Shown here piece by piece: positions 18,847 through 28,354 of a DNA stretch of 64,000 bases. Location: positions 544,001 through 608,000 of the forward strand of contig CAVTRN010000001.1 in the NCBI GenBank assembly GCA_963737155.1, in the 5' to 3' direction. Both the position numbers and the translations under genes were made by a program. Source of the DNA: Nitrospirota bacterium (GTDB lineage: Bacteria > Nitrospirota > UBA9217). The stretch's first letter is position 1; every line of letters begins with the position of its first letter. The notes beneath the pieces are model-generated. The model was not told the DNA's origin. It worked only from the letters and a program-made list of their open reading frames with translations, and did not search any database.

Positions 18847-18847
18847 A

Positions 18848-18991
18848 GTGAATTACCCCGCAGCAAGCTGCGGGGCATCGGAACTTGAAACCTTAAAAAA
18901 GCACAACAAAGAAGCTGAAGACTTATCCTGGCTTCGCCAGGATGTCCTTTTCATCCCAGCAGCAAGCTGCTGGGTATTTCAGGACTGTTTT
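18848..18991 (+). mobile_element. Putative non-autonomous IS200/IS605-type twin-hairpin element (boundaries inferred)
   Basis: GTGAATTA-CCCCGCAGC-AA-GCTGCGGGG (18848-18875) and TTCAT-CCCAGCAGC-AA-GCTGCTGGG-TATTTC (18950-18980); internal hairpin 18925-18943; no transposase. Confidence 0.6.
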
Positions 18992-19170
18992 ATAAATCCA
19001 GAACTGACGGTCCCGTGATAATCGGGTATAAACCTTTAACGCCATTCCGCCTGCCCTAGCGTGCTGACAACGAGCAGGGGCTTGGCCGGAATCATTTTTT
19101 TTCAGAATGTTCTGCGCCACCCTGATTCTCCGGAATCCAGAAGGGCGACTGAGAACAAAAGCAGACTCTT

Positions 19171-19773
19171 TCATTCGCGGCTCAGACGAGCTCCCATATC
19201 CTTGATCAGGTTCTTCAATTGTTCATCAATGTCGGTAACAACGTCCTCTACCGGCCCCATAACGACGGTACCGAACCGGGAGACCGTCGGGTCGGCATCC
19301 AATACGATATCAGGATGGATCCGAGCGAGATCGGGCTTGTGCTTCATAAAAAAGTCATAGAGCAGAGGATTAACCTTAATGGTGATCTGTCCGGACCGCT
19401 CCAGTCTCATGAGGCCATCTTTCGTCATATTGACGATTTCTTCAGGTTTGACCGTCAATTCATGGGTGAGGATCTTTCTTGCAAGAGCGGTGGCCAGTGC
19501 TACGCACTGCGGTTCGACTTCCTTCACGATCCGGGCCCTCAGCGTCGCGATATCGGTCAGCATTGCTTCGAGTTTGTCGATCAGCACCTTCGCCTTTTCT
19601 TCACCCATTTCGAAGCCAGCCTTTTCACCTACCGCATAGGCCTTCTCGTATGCTTCTCGTTCGATATGATCCGCAGTCCGGCCGATGGAATTGGTGTCTT
19701 TGAGCGCCGGCATGGTAAACCGTACCAGTTCTCGGTCATCCGAAATCCGCCTTTTATACGACAAGCTCTTCAC
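19171..19773 (-). CDS. fliH: Flagellar assembly protein FliH (GTG start, overlapping the fliG end)
   Basis: AYEKAYAVGEKAGFEMG (AxxxGxxxG), ALARKIL..EL, IKVNP; between fliG and fliI. Confidence 0.88.
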   Translation of the reverse strand: MKSLSYKRRISDDRELVRFTMPALKDTNSIGRTADHIEREAYEKAYAVGEKAGFEMGEEKAKVLIDKLEAMLTDIATLRARIVKEVEPQCVALATALARKILTHELTVKPEEIVNMTKDGLMRLERSGQITIKVNPLLYDFFMKHKPDLARIHPDIVLDADPTVSRFGTVVMGPVEDVVTDIDEQLKNLIKDMGARLSRE

Positions 19774-20737
19774 TGCCCCTCCCAGCCAGAATAATCTTGC
19801 CTTCCGTCTCCAATTTTCTGGCAACTTTCACTATGTTCTGTTGCGCCTTTTCCACATCCGATACCTTGACGGGTCCCTTTGTCTGCATGTCTTCTTTGAG
19901 GATCTGGGCGGCGCGCTGGGACATGTTCTTGTAAATCTTTTCCTTAAGGGCCTCCGATGCGGTCTTGAGTGCGATGGAAAGCTCCTCGGTCCCCGTTTCC
20001 TTCAAAATCATCTGAATGCCGCGATCATCCACCTTGACCAGGTCGTCAAAGACGAACATGAGCTTTCTGATCGAATCGGCCATATTGTTGTTCTGCTCCT
20101 CGATTTTGCCAAGGACCGTCTGCTCCGTAGAGCGGTCACACTGGTTCAGGATCTCGGCGATGGTTTTCGTGCCGCCCATTTTTTTGCCCTTGTTCTTGCC
20201 CATTTCGAGCTGACCCTTAAGCACTTCTTTGAGCTCCTCGATCGCATTCTCCGGGATGCGGTCCGTAGAAGCAATGCGCATGGCCACATCGCCCTTGATG
20301 GTCTCCGGAAGGGCCGACAGCACTTCTGCGGCCTGCTGCGGTTCGAGCAGGCAGATGATGAGCGCGATTGTCTGGGGATGCTCGGTCACGAGAAAGTTGA
20401 CGAGCGTTTTTGCATCGACCCAGCGCAAGGACTCAAGAGGACCTTCTTTGGAGGCCATCTCCATGATCTTGCTGGCGCCATCCTCGCCGAGGCCACGGGA
20501 GAGTACCTTTTTGACGTAATCGGTCCCGCCGACCCGGATATCGCCTTTCGATACGCTGTCCGACACCTCTTTCAGCACATTGTCGATAGTATCCCGGGAG
20601 ACAGTTTTGAGCCGCGTCATAACGGTGGTAATACGCCCGATCTCTTTTACATCGAGCCCTTTCAAGACATCCGCCGCGGCGTCCTCGCCCAGGGCACTCA
20701 AGAAAATTGCCGCTTTTTCATAACCTTGCAGGGGCAT
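19754..20737 (-). CDS. fliG: Motor switch protein FliG
   Basis: EKAAIFL..LGED, EHPQTIA, MFVFDDL, NMSQRAA. Confidence 0.97.
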   Translation of the reverse strand: MPLQGYEKAAIFLSALGEDAAADVLKGLDVKEIGRITTVMTRLKTVSRDTIDNVLKEVSDSVSKGDIRVGGTDYVKKVLSRGLGEDGASKIMEMASKEGPLESLRWVDAKTLVNFLVTEHPQTIALIICLLEPQQAAEVLSALPETIKGDVAMRIASTDRIPENAIEELKEVLKGQLEMGKNKGKKMGGTKTIAEILNQCDRSTEQTVLGKIEEQNNNMADSIRKLMFVFDDLVKVDDRGIQMILKETGTEELSIALKTASEALKEKIYKNMSQRAAQILKEDMQTKGPVKVSDVEKAQQNIVKVARKLETEGKIILAGRGSEELVV

Positions 20738-20793
20738 CCGAAACTCCTTATCTGACTTAATATTTTCTGTTCTTCAATCTGAACTCTGAATTG

Positions 20794-22341
20794 TTATTTC
20801 TCATCAAGCCAGCCCTTAACAAGGTTCGTCGCCTCTTGCGGGTTCTTCTTGGCCCAGTCGGTAAGCTGCTCCTGCGATGACCGTGCTGGCATAGCGATCG
20901 TTTTTTGCAGTTGACCAACGGTCTGCGGGAGGGAGATCTGTTGCTGCGGCAGCGCCGTTGTCGGTGTCGACGTGGTTATTGCGCTCATGAGCGGCTTGAT
21001 GACGAAAAGGAAGAGTAGCAATATCCCGATAAGGGGAACAACATATTTCGCGGCCATCGTGAACATAGGTAAGACCGACGAAGCCTGCACCGGGGCCGCA
21101 TCGACAATCTCTTCCTGTGGGGTAACGTCAAAGGGCATATTGACGACCTTGACTTCGTCGCCTCGGTCCGCGCTGAAACCGATGGCCTTCTTCACCATAT
21201 CCTCGAACTGCAGCACTTCCTCCTCGGTGCGGGGTGTATACTTCTTCGCAGTCGAGCCCGAGGTCGTGGCATAGGTACCGTCCACGAGGACCACGGCGGA
21301 AAGCTTCTTGAGTTCACCCGTCGGGCTGACGATATGGCTTATTGTTTTGCTGATCTCATAGTTAACGGTCTCATTCTTCTTGTCTGAAACAGACGGCGTG
21401 CCTGGCTGGGCCGGCGCTTGCTGTTTCCCTGGCAGATTCGACGCCACACCGGGTATGCCACCATTTGTCGCACCGGTCGATTTTTCAGTGTTCTGCTGTT
21501 CACTCCTCGCCACCTGGCTGTCGGGATCGTATTTTTCCTCGGTTCTCTCCATTTTCGTGAAATCGAAACTGGATGCAATCCGCACTTTCACTTTGCCTTT
21601 GCCCACAACCGGTTCGAGCATGCTCCTGACCTTGGTCTCAACCTCCCGCTCATAGTTCCGCTGATAATCGAGCTGGCTGCTGGACACGGCGAAATCTTCG
21701 TCAACCACTGACGTCAGCATTTCACCGTTATTGTCAATAATCGACACGTCGTTCGGGTCGAGGCCTTCCACGCTGCTTGCGACAAGATGCACGATGCCCT
21801 GGACCTGAGGTGGCGAAAGCTTTCTTCCAGAGCGGAGCTTCAGCAGGACCGATGCTTTGGGTTTTTCGTCCTTCTGCATGAACAGAGTCTTTTCAGGCAC
21901 AACAAGGTGGACCCGGCACTCATCGACTTCCACCAAAGACCGGATCGTCCTCGACAGCTCCCCCTGAAGGGCACGCCGGTAGTCCAATTTCTGCACGAAA
22001 TCGGTCATGGTAAAGTTGGCCTTGTCAAAAATCTCGAAGCCGACGCCGCCTCCCTGCGGCAGCCCCTGGCTTGCAAGCTGAAGTCTGACTTCATATACTT
22101 TGTCTGCAGGCACCATTATGCCGCTGCCATCCATGGTGTAGGGGATCTTCTGCTCATTCAGCTTTTGGACGATAGCGGCTGCATCCTCCTGGCTCAGGTT
22201 AGAAAACAGGAGTTGCTGATCAGCCTTCTGGAGCCAGGTGATCAGCAGAATACCGGCCGTGATCACAAGGGCCGCCACAACGAGCAGCACGGTCAGCTTT
22301 TTCGTTGGAAGCGTACGTACCTGTTCAACAAGATCTGCCAT
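20794..22341 (-). CDS. fliF: MS-ring protein FliF
   Basis: GVGFEIFD, YRRALQGELSRTI, ASVLL, PGVASNLP, ETVNYEISKT; two TM segments. Confidence 0.96.
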   Translation of the reverse strand: MADLVEQVRTLPTKKLTVLLVVAALVITAGILLITWLQKADQQLLFSNLSQEDAAAIVQKLNEQKIPYTMDGSGIMVPADKVYEVRLQLASQGLPQGGGVGFEIFDKANFTMTDFVQKLDYRRALQGELSRTIRSLVEVDECRVHLVVPEKTLFMQKDEKPKASVLLKLRSGRKLSPPQVQGIVHLVASSVEGLDPNDVSIIDNNGEMLTSVVDEDFAVSSSQLDYQRNYEREVETKVRSMLEPVVGKGKVKVRIASSFDFTKMERTEEKYDPDSQVARSEQQNTEKSTGATNGGIPGVASNLPGKQQAPAQPGTPSVSDKKNETVNYEISKTISHIVSPTGELKKLSAVVLVDGTYATTSGSTAKKYTPRTEEEVLQFEDMVKKAIGFSADRGDEVKVVNMPFDVTPQEEIVDAAPVQASSVLPMFTMAAKYVVPLIGILLLFLFVIKPLMSAITTSTPTTALPQQQISLPQTVGQLQKTIAMPARSSQEQLTDWAKKNPQEATNLVKGWLDEK

Positions 22342-22446
22342 TGTTTCACCTCATGGTTAACAATTTAAACTCGGAAAGGGCGGACAAAATTTTCTCTAAA
22401 CCCACCACCCTGAACTCTCCATTCATACCTCGGAGTTTATTACTGA

Positions 22447-22740
22447 CTATATCTGCATACCCATTACCGTCTGGTATGCGGAAATCAGTTTGTTTCTGAC
22501 CTCGATCATAAGTTGAAAGTTCATATCCGCCTTTTCCATGGCGATTATGGCCTCATTCGGGTCTCCGCCTGAGCCCAATTCCTGCACAGATTTCTCAGCA
22601 TCGCTCTGAACCTGGGATATTTTCCCCATTGCCTCCTGCATCAAGTCATCAAAAGCAGAACCCGGTTTACTTCCGCCGGACTCAATTTGTGGAAGCATCG
22701 GCTTGATTCCCACTCCGTTAATCATGAAGTCAGTCATCAT
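22447..22740 (-). CDS. fliE: Hook-basal body protein FliE
   Basis: IAMEKAD..FQLMIEVRNKLISAYQ.VM.MQI. Confidence 0.93.
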   Translation of the reverse strand: MMTDFMINGVGIKPMLPQIESGGSKPGSAFDDLMQEAMGKISQVQSDAEKSVQELGSGGDPNEAIIAMEKADMNFQLMIEVRNKLISAYQTVMGMQI

Positions 22741-23150
22741 ACGCTCCCGAGATCCAAGGTTTTACTGAACATGGTTTTCGCCATATTAAAGGCCGATATG
22801 GACGCCTCGTAGGCCCGCGAAGCCATCGTCATATTCACCATCTCCTCAATAATGCTCACATTTGGCATGGATACATAGCCATCCTTGTCCGCGTCGGGAT
22901 GACCGGGATCATATACCGTCTTGAGGGGGGAGTCGTCCTTGACGATTCCGCTCACCTTGACTCCTACAAGCCCATCTTGGTCATCCGAGTCGGGATCGGT
23001 AGAAAAAACCACATCTTGTCTCCGGTAAGGACCGCCTTCGTCGGTTCTCGTAGACTCGGCATTCGCCATATTTGACGCGATAACGTTCATTCGTTGACGC
23101 TGTGCCTCCATCGCTGATGCGCTTACGTTGAATACTCCGAACGAATCCAT
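22737..23150 (-). CDS. flgC: Proximal rod protein FlgC
   Basis: QRQRMNVIASNMANA, GPYRRQ, YDPGHPDADKDGYV.MPNV. Confidence 0.96.
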   Translation of the reverse strand: MDSFGVFNVSASAMEAQRQRMNVIASNMANAESTRTDEGGPYRRQDVVFSTDPDSDDQDGLVGVKVSGIVKDDSPLKTVYDPGHPDADKDGYVSMPNVSIIEEMVNMTMASRAYEASISAFNMAKTMFSKTLDLGSV

Positions 23151-23221
23151 TTTTTGCCTCCGCAAATTTATGAGAGAGCAAGTAGCTCTGCGTGTCCGCT
23201 ACCGTTTCCCCCTTTTCTCGT

Positions 23222-23587
23222 TTAAGACGTCTTCAATGCACTCTTGAACATTAAGATTTTCTTCTTCAGGAGGGTGATCCCTGCTTCAAAACGCATGGCA
23301 TTCTCAGTCATTTTCGCCACTTCCATGTCCAGCTCAACATTGTTCTTATCAGCCCAGGACTGGGAATCCTCTCCCGTCAATTCGCCCGAGCTGCCCTCGC
23401 CAGAAGCCTGTATATGTCTTGGATTGGTAGTAACCATGCTCATTTCGTTCCCCAGTACCTGGTCAAACTTGATATCCTTGGCGTGATAATTCGGCGTGTC
23501 CACGTTTGCAATATTAGACGTAAGCACATTATTCCGAATGCTGGTTTGCCGGATGATTCCCTCCAATACGGTCATCCCATCAGCCAT
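23222..23587 (-). CDS. flgB: Proximal rod protein FlgB
   Basis: SNIANVDTPNYHAKD, D.NNVELD.E. Confidence 0.94.
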   Translation of the reverse strand: MADGMTVLEGIIRQTSIRNNVLTSNIANVDTPNYHAKDIKFDQVLGNEMSMVTTNPRHIQASGEGSSGELTGEDSQSWADKNNVELDMEVAKMTENAMRFEAGITLLKKKILMFKSALKTS

Positions 23588-23611
23588 GTGATCCTCCCTC
23601 CCGACAATTCA

Positions 23612-23627
23612 ATCAATTACCATGCCA
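23612..23627 (-). promoter_or_regulatory. Sigma54-like promoter of the flgB operon
   Basis: TGGCATGGTAATTGAT (GG-N10-GA variant) 25 nt upstream of flgB. Confidence 0.6.
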
Positions 23628-23807
23628 GACCAATACAAAATCAGTACACAGTTCACAGTTAAAGTTTATAAGTCGCTATCAGTTGCGGTGTCATTCCAAT
23701 TTGTCCGAAACCGTTCTTTTTCAATCTGTTGAACATTAACAAAATTACGGCCAACCTGGGATGCCATCAAGCACGGCTTTTTAGAGACTATCAAGTAGGA
23801 AAATTTT

Positions 23808-25112
23808 TCACCCTACTGGCACATTTTGCCCATACTCGTTCAATTTGTTCCGCACGGTCCTGACGCTCACTCCCAACAATTTCGCAGCCCTCGACTTGTT
23901 GCCGTTCACTTCCTTGAGCGTCTTCAGAATCATATCCCGTTCCATGTCTTTGAGCTTTCCGTTCGCGTTATGGTCAACTTCCGACCGACCGAGCATGAAA
24001 TCATCGACGTCCACGACGTCCCCGGCACAGAGGAACACAGCACGCTGGATAACGTTTTCTAGCTCCCGCACGTTGCCCCGCCAAGGCATCTTTGTGAGCA
24101 GGTCAATGGCCTCCTGCGTGCATCCTATCAGATTTTTGCCCGCGACCCCTGAAAAACGCTCTACGAAACACTTTGTCAGCGCAATGATGTCTTCCGGGCG
24201 CTCGCGCAGCGGCGGTACTTTGATCGGGAACACATTCAGCCGGTAGAACAGATCTTCCCGGAACCGTCCTTCAGCGCACTCCGTCTCAAGGTCCCGGTTC
24301 GTGGTTGTGATGACTCGCACATCCACGGGAACCGGTTCCTTGCCGCCGACGCGGTCAACCTCGCGCTCCTGCAGCACCCGGAGCAGTTTCGCCTGAAGCA
24401 TTATAGGCATCTCGCCGATTTCGTCCAGGAGGATTGTCCCTCCATCGGCAAGTTCGAGCTTTCCTTTCCTGCGGTCCACCGCGCCGGTGAAAGCGCCTTT
24501 CTCATGGCCGAAAAGCTCCGACTCCAGAAGGTTATCCGGAATGGCCGCGCAGTTCACGGCCACAAAGGGTTTGTTCTTGCGCTTGCTCGTCTGGTGAATG
24601 TGACGGGCAATCAGTTCCTTGCCTGTGCCGCTTTCTCCGGTGATCAGCACCGTAATATCGTTTGCCGCGAGATTCCCGGCGAGTTGAACGATCTTGCGCA
24701 TTTCCGCGTTTTCGGTCAGGATGTTTTTCCCTGTTGCCTGCCGGCTGAGGATCGATTCGATTGCCTTGCTCAGCGAATCAAAGGAAAAAGGTTTCATGAG
24801 GTAGTCCGTGGCTCCCTCTTTCATTGTTTCCACCGCGTTTTCGATGGTGCCGAAGCCCGTGATTACCAGCACGGGCAGGTTGCCGACGCGCCGCCGCACT
24901 TCCTTCAGGAAAGTAAGGCCATCCATTTTCGGCATCTTCATGTCCGTCACGACCAGGGAATAGGAAGCGTCGCTCAGCTTTTCAACAGCATCTGTTCCGC
25001 TCTCGCACAGAACGGCTTTGTGTCCGAGCCGCTGAATCGCCTTGGACAGGGCGGCGCGCATCTGATCGTCGTCGTCCACCACCATTATGGGTTTTGTTTG
25101 TGATGCCATCAT
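23808..25112 (-). CDS. Sigma54-dependent response regulator, FleR/FlrC-like
   Basis: REC (VVDDD, TDMKMP), [14 protein letters not shown], Fis [23 protein letters not shown]; downstream of a kinase; start moved to MMASQ. Confidence 0.92.
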   Translation of the reverse strand: MMASQTKPIMVVDDDDQMRAALSKAIQRLGHKAVLCESGTDAVEKLSDASYSLVVTDMKMPKMDGLTFLKEVRRRVGNLPVLVITGFGTIENAVETMKEGATDYLMKPFSFDSLSKAIESILSRQATGKNILTENAEMRKIVQLAGNLAANDITVLITGESGTGKELIARHIHQTSKRKNKPFVAVNCAAIPDNLLESELFGHEKGAFTGAVDRRKGKLELADGGTILLDEIGEMPIMLQAKLLRVLQEREVDRVGGKEPVPVDVRVITTTNRDLETECAEGRFREDLFYRLNVFPIKVPPLRERPEDIIALTKCFVERFSGVAGKNLIGCTQEAIDLLTKMPWRGNVRELENVIQRAVFLCAGDVVDVDDFMLGRSEVDHNANGKLKDMERDMILKTLKEVNGNKSRAAKLLGVSVRTVRNKLNEYGQNVPVG

Positions 25113-25125
25113 GTCCTTACTCCTT

Positions 25126-26361
25126 TCAAACCGCTGAAACGGCATCCCTGAGCGCGGGGTGCCTGGCGTCTTCAATCTTTTGGACCATAGCGAGTGCAGG
25201 CCGGCCGCAGAGGTTTTCTCTTTTCTCCACAGGGAAATAAAGACTGAACAAGCTCCCCTTCCCCTGCTCGCTCGCGACCTTGATATAGCCACCGTTCGCC
25301 CGCATGATATTCGATGCAATTACGAGGCCGAGGCCGGTACCACTGTCCTTAGTGGTAAAAAAGGGGTCGAAGATGCGTTCTAGGTTCTCCGGGGCAATGC
25401 CGTCCCCCGAGTCCTTCACGCTGACAACAACTGATTCATTGTCGCGATCCATGCCGATCTCGAGAGAACCACCTTCCGGCATTGCCTGGACGGCGTTGAT
25501 CATAATGTTCATGAACACCTGCTTGAGCAGCTCGGCATCGCCACACACTTCGCAAGCCATGCAGGATACGCGGCACCGCACGTTGCGCGTTTCCATCATC
25601 GGCTGAAGCATGTGCACTGCTTCCTCGATGACGCTGTCAAGCCGCATTGTCCTGAGCGATGGCTGGCTGGGTTTCGCGAAAAAGAGCATGTTGCTCATAA
25701 TCGTATTGAGGCTACCTATGCCCGCCGTAACCCCGCGGGCCAGGTCCTTGTGCGACGTCATCGTGAGATCCCGCTCGAGCATGGTCGCGAACAGCTCGAT
25801 GCTGCAGAGCGGATTCCTGATTTCGTGCACCAGCTTGGCAGACATCTCACCCATGGCGATCAAGCGCTGGTTCCGCTCGTGGCGCAGTTCAAGTTCCCGC
25901 AGCCTCGTAATGTCCTTGATCAGAATGACGCGGCCCCGGAGGCTTCCTTCAGCGTCTATGACGTCCGATTGGGACAGGATGATGCTGTATTTCTTGCCGC
26001 CTGCCGTGAGCTGTGTGCCCGTATTTTCTTTTGTCAGAAAAAAGGAAAGCGCAGTGAACGACCTGCCCGCAGCCTCGGCAGAGGAGATCCCGAGAAGTTC
26101 TTCCGCTGACCGGTTCATAGTCGTCACCAGTCCCTCGGGATCGACGGCGATAATCGCCTCCTCGAGATTATGCAAGATCGCCTTTAGATAATCCTTGTTC
26201 CGCTCGGCATCAGCAAGGGCGTCTTTGAGCTGCCGGTTCCGGATTTCCAGTTCGTTGGTCAGGTATGCTATCTGTTCCTTAAGCGCACCGTAGTGCGTTT
26301 CAAGACTTTTAGACGCGGCGGAAAAATTCTGGAAAGCCTCGTTCAACTGGTCAATCTTCAT
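25126..26361 (-). CDS. PAS histidine kinase, FleS/FlrB-like
   Basis: L.EAF..F..AS..LE..Y..L N-terminus, LVHEIRNPL, QVFMNIMINA, FDPFFTTK.SGTGLGL. Confidence 0.9.
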   Translation of the reverse strand: MKIDQLNEAFQNFSAASKSLETHYGALKEQIAYLTNELEIRNRQLKDALADAERNKDYLKAILHNLEEAIIAVDPEGLVTTMNRSAEELLGISSAEAAGRSFTALSFFLTKENTGTQLTAGGKKYSIILSQSDVIDAEGSLRGRVILIKDITRLRELELRHERNQRLIAMGEMSAKLVHEIRNPLCSIELFATMLERDLTMTSHKDLARGVTAGIGSLNTIMSNMLFFAKPSQPSLRTMRLDSVIEEAVHMLQPMMETRNVRCRVSCMACEVCGDAELLKQVFMNIMINAVQAMPEGGSLEIGMDRDNESVVVSVKDSGDGIAPENLERIFDPFFTTKDSGTGLGLVIASNIMRANGGYIKVASEQGKGSLFSLYFPVEKRENLCGRPALAMVQKIEDARHPALRDAVSAV

Positions 26362-26369
26362 AGCTGGTC

Positions 26370-28190
26370 TTATTCAACCTTTCTCCGCAGCTCCGCTCCC
26401 TTAAGCGCGGCCGCGGCAAAACGTCCCATCGCGTTCTTTGCCGTTTGAATTGCCTGGAGTGAATCGTGCCCTTCTCGTCCCTTTGCAATCACTGCTATCC
26501 GGTAATGGGCCCACTCCAAATCCCCCGCTGTTCCATCCTTTCGTTCCGGCGCCGTTTTTGCCGTTGTCGCCTGCCGGTAGTATTCAAGGGCCTTCAGACT
26601 CTGCCCCGCGTCAAAGAGGATGTCGGCAAAGCTAACCAGAATCCCGGATGAAACGCTTTTTTTTCGCAGGACCTGCTCGAGGAAGGCTGTTTCTTTTTTC
26701 TTGTTCTTAAGCAAGTTCATCGCGTCGAGGAGATAAGGCAGGTCCGTTTCATTGATGTCTCGAATCGACATGATTGCTTCCGAGACGTTCTTGAAGTCCA
26801 TTCCCACCATTGAAATCTTGGCTTTCACGCGGGCCACCTCATCATGATGACCCTTGATTTTCGCCCGTTTCAAATAATTTTCCGCTGTTGCCCCATCGCC
26901 CAAATCAGCATAGAATCCGGCCAACAGGAGCCGTCCCTCAGACTTCCCACTCTCGGAACCATATGTAATGAGCCAGACGCAGATGTCGAGGAACGGCTTG
27001 CCCTCATACCTGAGCGCCGGCGCTATATTCACGATGAATTGCTCCCGGGACGGTTCCAGCAGCCAGCGGCCGGACTTTGTCCAGAGCTCTACGAATTCCT
27101 TCGGGTCACGATCTTTCGCCTCAAGAAGCATGGCTTCAAGATCATCGAGGGCGGCGCCGACCGGATTCTGCCGGTAAAGCAACGGCTTCAGAAGGACCAA
27201 GGCCTCGGCTGATTTTCCCTTTTTGCGGAGCAGCTGTACAAGCATAAGGAGGGCCGTATCAGCTTCCTTCCCGTAGGGATACTTGTTCCTGATCACCTCG
27301 AGCGCCGACTGTGCATCATCGTACTTCCCCATGCGCATCTGCGCGTCGGCGCGGCTCAGAATCGCATCACGACGGACTGTCCGCTCGGGAGATTCGGCGG
27401 CGATTGAAAACTGTATGATTGCCGCATTATAGTTGGCTTCCTCGAGGGCCAGTTGGCCGAGCCCCTGTGCGGCCCGGTATTTCAGCACAGGGTCTTTCAC
27501 CGATTCGAAGTAGAATCTCGCGTCCTTCTTGTTGCCAGCCTGGCGAAAGTTTTCACCTATTGAGAACAGTGTCTCCGGTGAGGAATTCACGACTTTGGGG
27601 CTGTGCTCGATAAGCTCACAGTATAGATCCCGCGCCTCCGCGGTTCTGCCCAGCGCCTGCAATGTATTGGCCTTGCCCATGACGGCGCGTACCGAGAGCC
27701 CGGCCTTGTCGTAATGAATAAGGGCCTGGCGAAAGTCTCTGTTTTTGAACCCGGCTTCAGCGATGCCCAGTTCAGCCCGCTCCGAGAAACTGGATTTGGG
27801 GAACTGTTTGAGAAATACGTCGTAACACATGGCTGCCTCGGGATAATATCCCATAGCCGCGTATACATCGGCACGCTCGAGCATGATTCTTTCCTTGTCT
27901 TCAAGGGAATTGGCGAACACGTAAGCCAGCCGGTAATTCTCAATAGAGTCATAAGGCCGCTTTAACGCCACGAGCGCACGTGCGAGGGCATAGTGATAAG
28001 CGGACATCTCTTCATGGGATGGCTGATAAGAGGAAAGGGCCGCAAGCGCGTCAGCCGGCTTGTTTGCGGTGAGCATCTCTTCGGCCCTTTCCAGGGAGGA
28101 CGGCGTAACGAATTTGTCAATAGACCATCCGGTGCGGACAGACGTAAGCATAATAAAAGTAATTACAATTAAACGCAGGTGGGTCTTCAT
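26370..28190 (-). CDS. Exported TPR-repeat protein
   Basis: N-terminal signal-like segment MKTHLRLIVITFIML; TPR motifs (FLKQFPKS, RNKYPY); start moved downstream of the sigma54 site. Confidence 0.8.
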   Translation of the reverse strand: MKTHLRLIVITFIMLTSVRTGWSIDKFVTPSSLERAEEMLTANKPADALAALSSYQPSHEEMSAYHYALARALVALKRPYDSIENYRLAYVFANSLEDKERIMLERADVYAAMGYYPEAAMCYDVFLKQFPKSSFSERAELGIAEAGFKNRDFRQALIHYDKAGLSVRAVMGKANTLQALGRTAEARDLYCELIEHSPKVVNSSPETLFSIGENFRQAGNKKDARFYFESVKDPVLKYRAAQGLGQLALEEANYNAAIIQFSIAAESPERTVRRDAILSRADAQMRMGKYDDAQSALEVIRNKYPYGKEADTALLMLVQLLRKKGKSAEALVLLKPLLYRQNPVGAALDDLEAMLLEAKDRDPKEFVELWTKSGRWLLEPSREQFIVNIAPALRYEGKPFLDICVWLITYGSESGKSEGRLLLAGFYADLGDGATAENYLKRAKIKGHHDEVARVKAKISMVGMDFKNVSEAIMSIRDINETDLPYLLDAMNLLKNKKKETAFLEQVLRKKSVSSGILVSFADILFDAGQSLKALEYYRQATTAKTAPERKDGTAGDLEWAHYRIAVIAKGREGHDSLQAIQTAKNAMGRFAAAALKGAELRRKVE

Positions 28191-28203
28191 GTTTGTTTTA
28201 TAT

Positions 28204-28219
28204 AGCAACAAGCATGCCG
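28204..28219 (-). promoter_or_regulatory. Sigma54 promoter of the TPR-fleS-fleR operon
   Basis: CGGCATGCTTGTTGCT, GG-N10-GC. Confidence 0.72.
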
Positions 28220-28262
28220 GAGGTAACAGTTTGAATTTTAATGATTATAGAATTACAGGTCT

Positions 28263-28276
28263 GTCAGATTAATGAC
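28263..28276. promoter_or_regulatory. FleQ-type box
   Basis: GTCA-GATTAA-TGAC upstream of the 28204-28219 promoter. Confidence 0.5.
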
Positions 28277-28354
28277 GTTGACGAATGCTTGGCATGTTGT
28301 TCAAAGGCGGAAATTCATGTGGTTGCATATTTTGTTTCGGCTCAGGAATAGTGG

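Noticed and set aside
18923-19174. 83-aa ORF between fliH and fliI
   Set aside because: Runs through palindromic repeat DNA (KYPAACCW is the hairpin translated); probably spurious despite the ATGA overlap with fliH
19685-20755. 356-aa plus-strand ORF
   Set aside because: Antisense shadow of fliG
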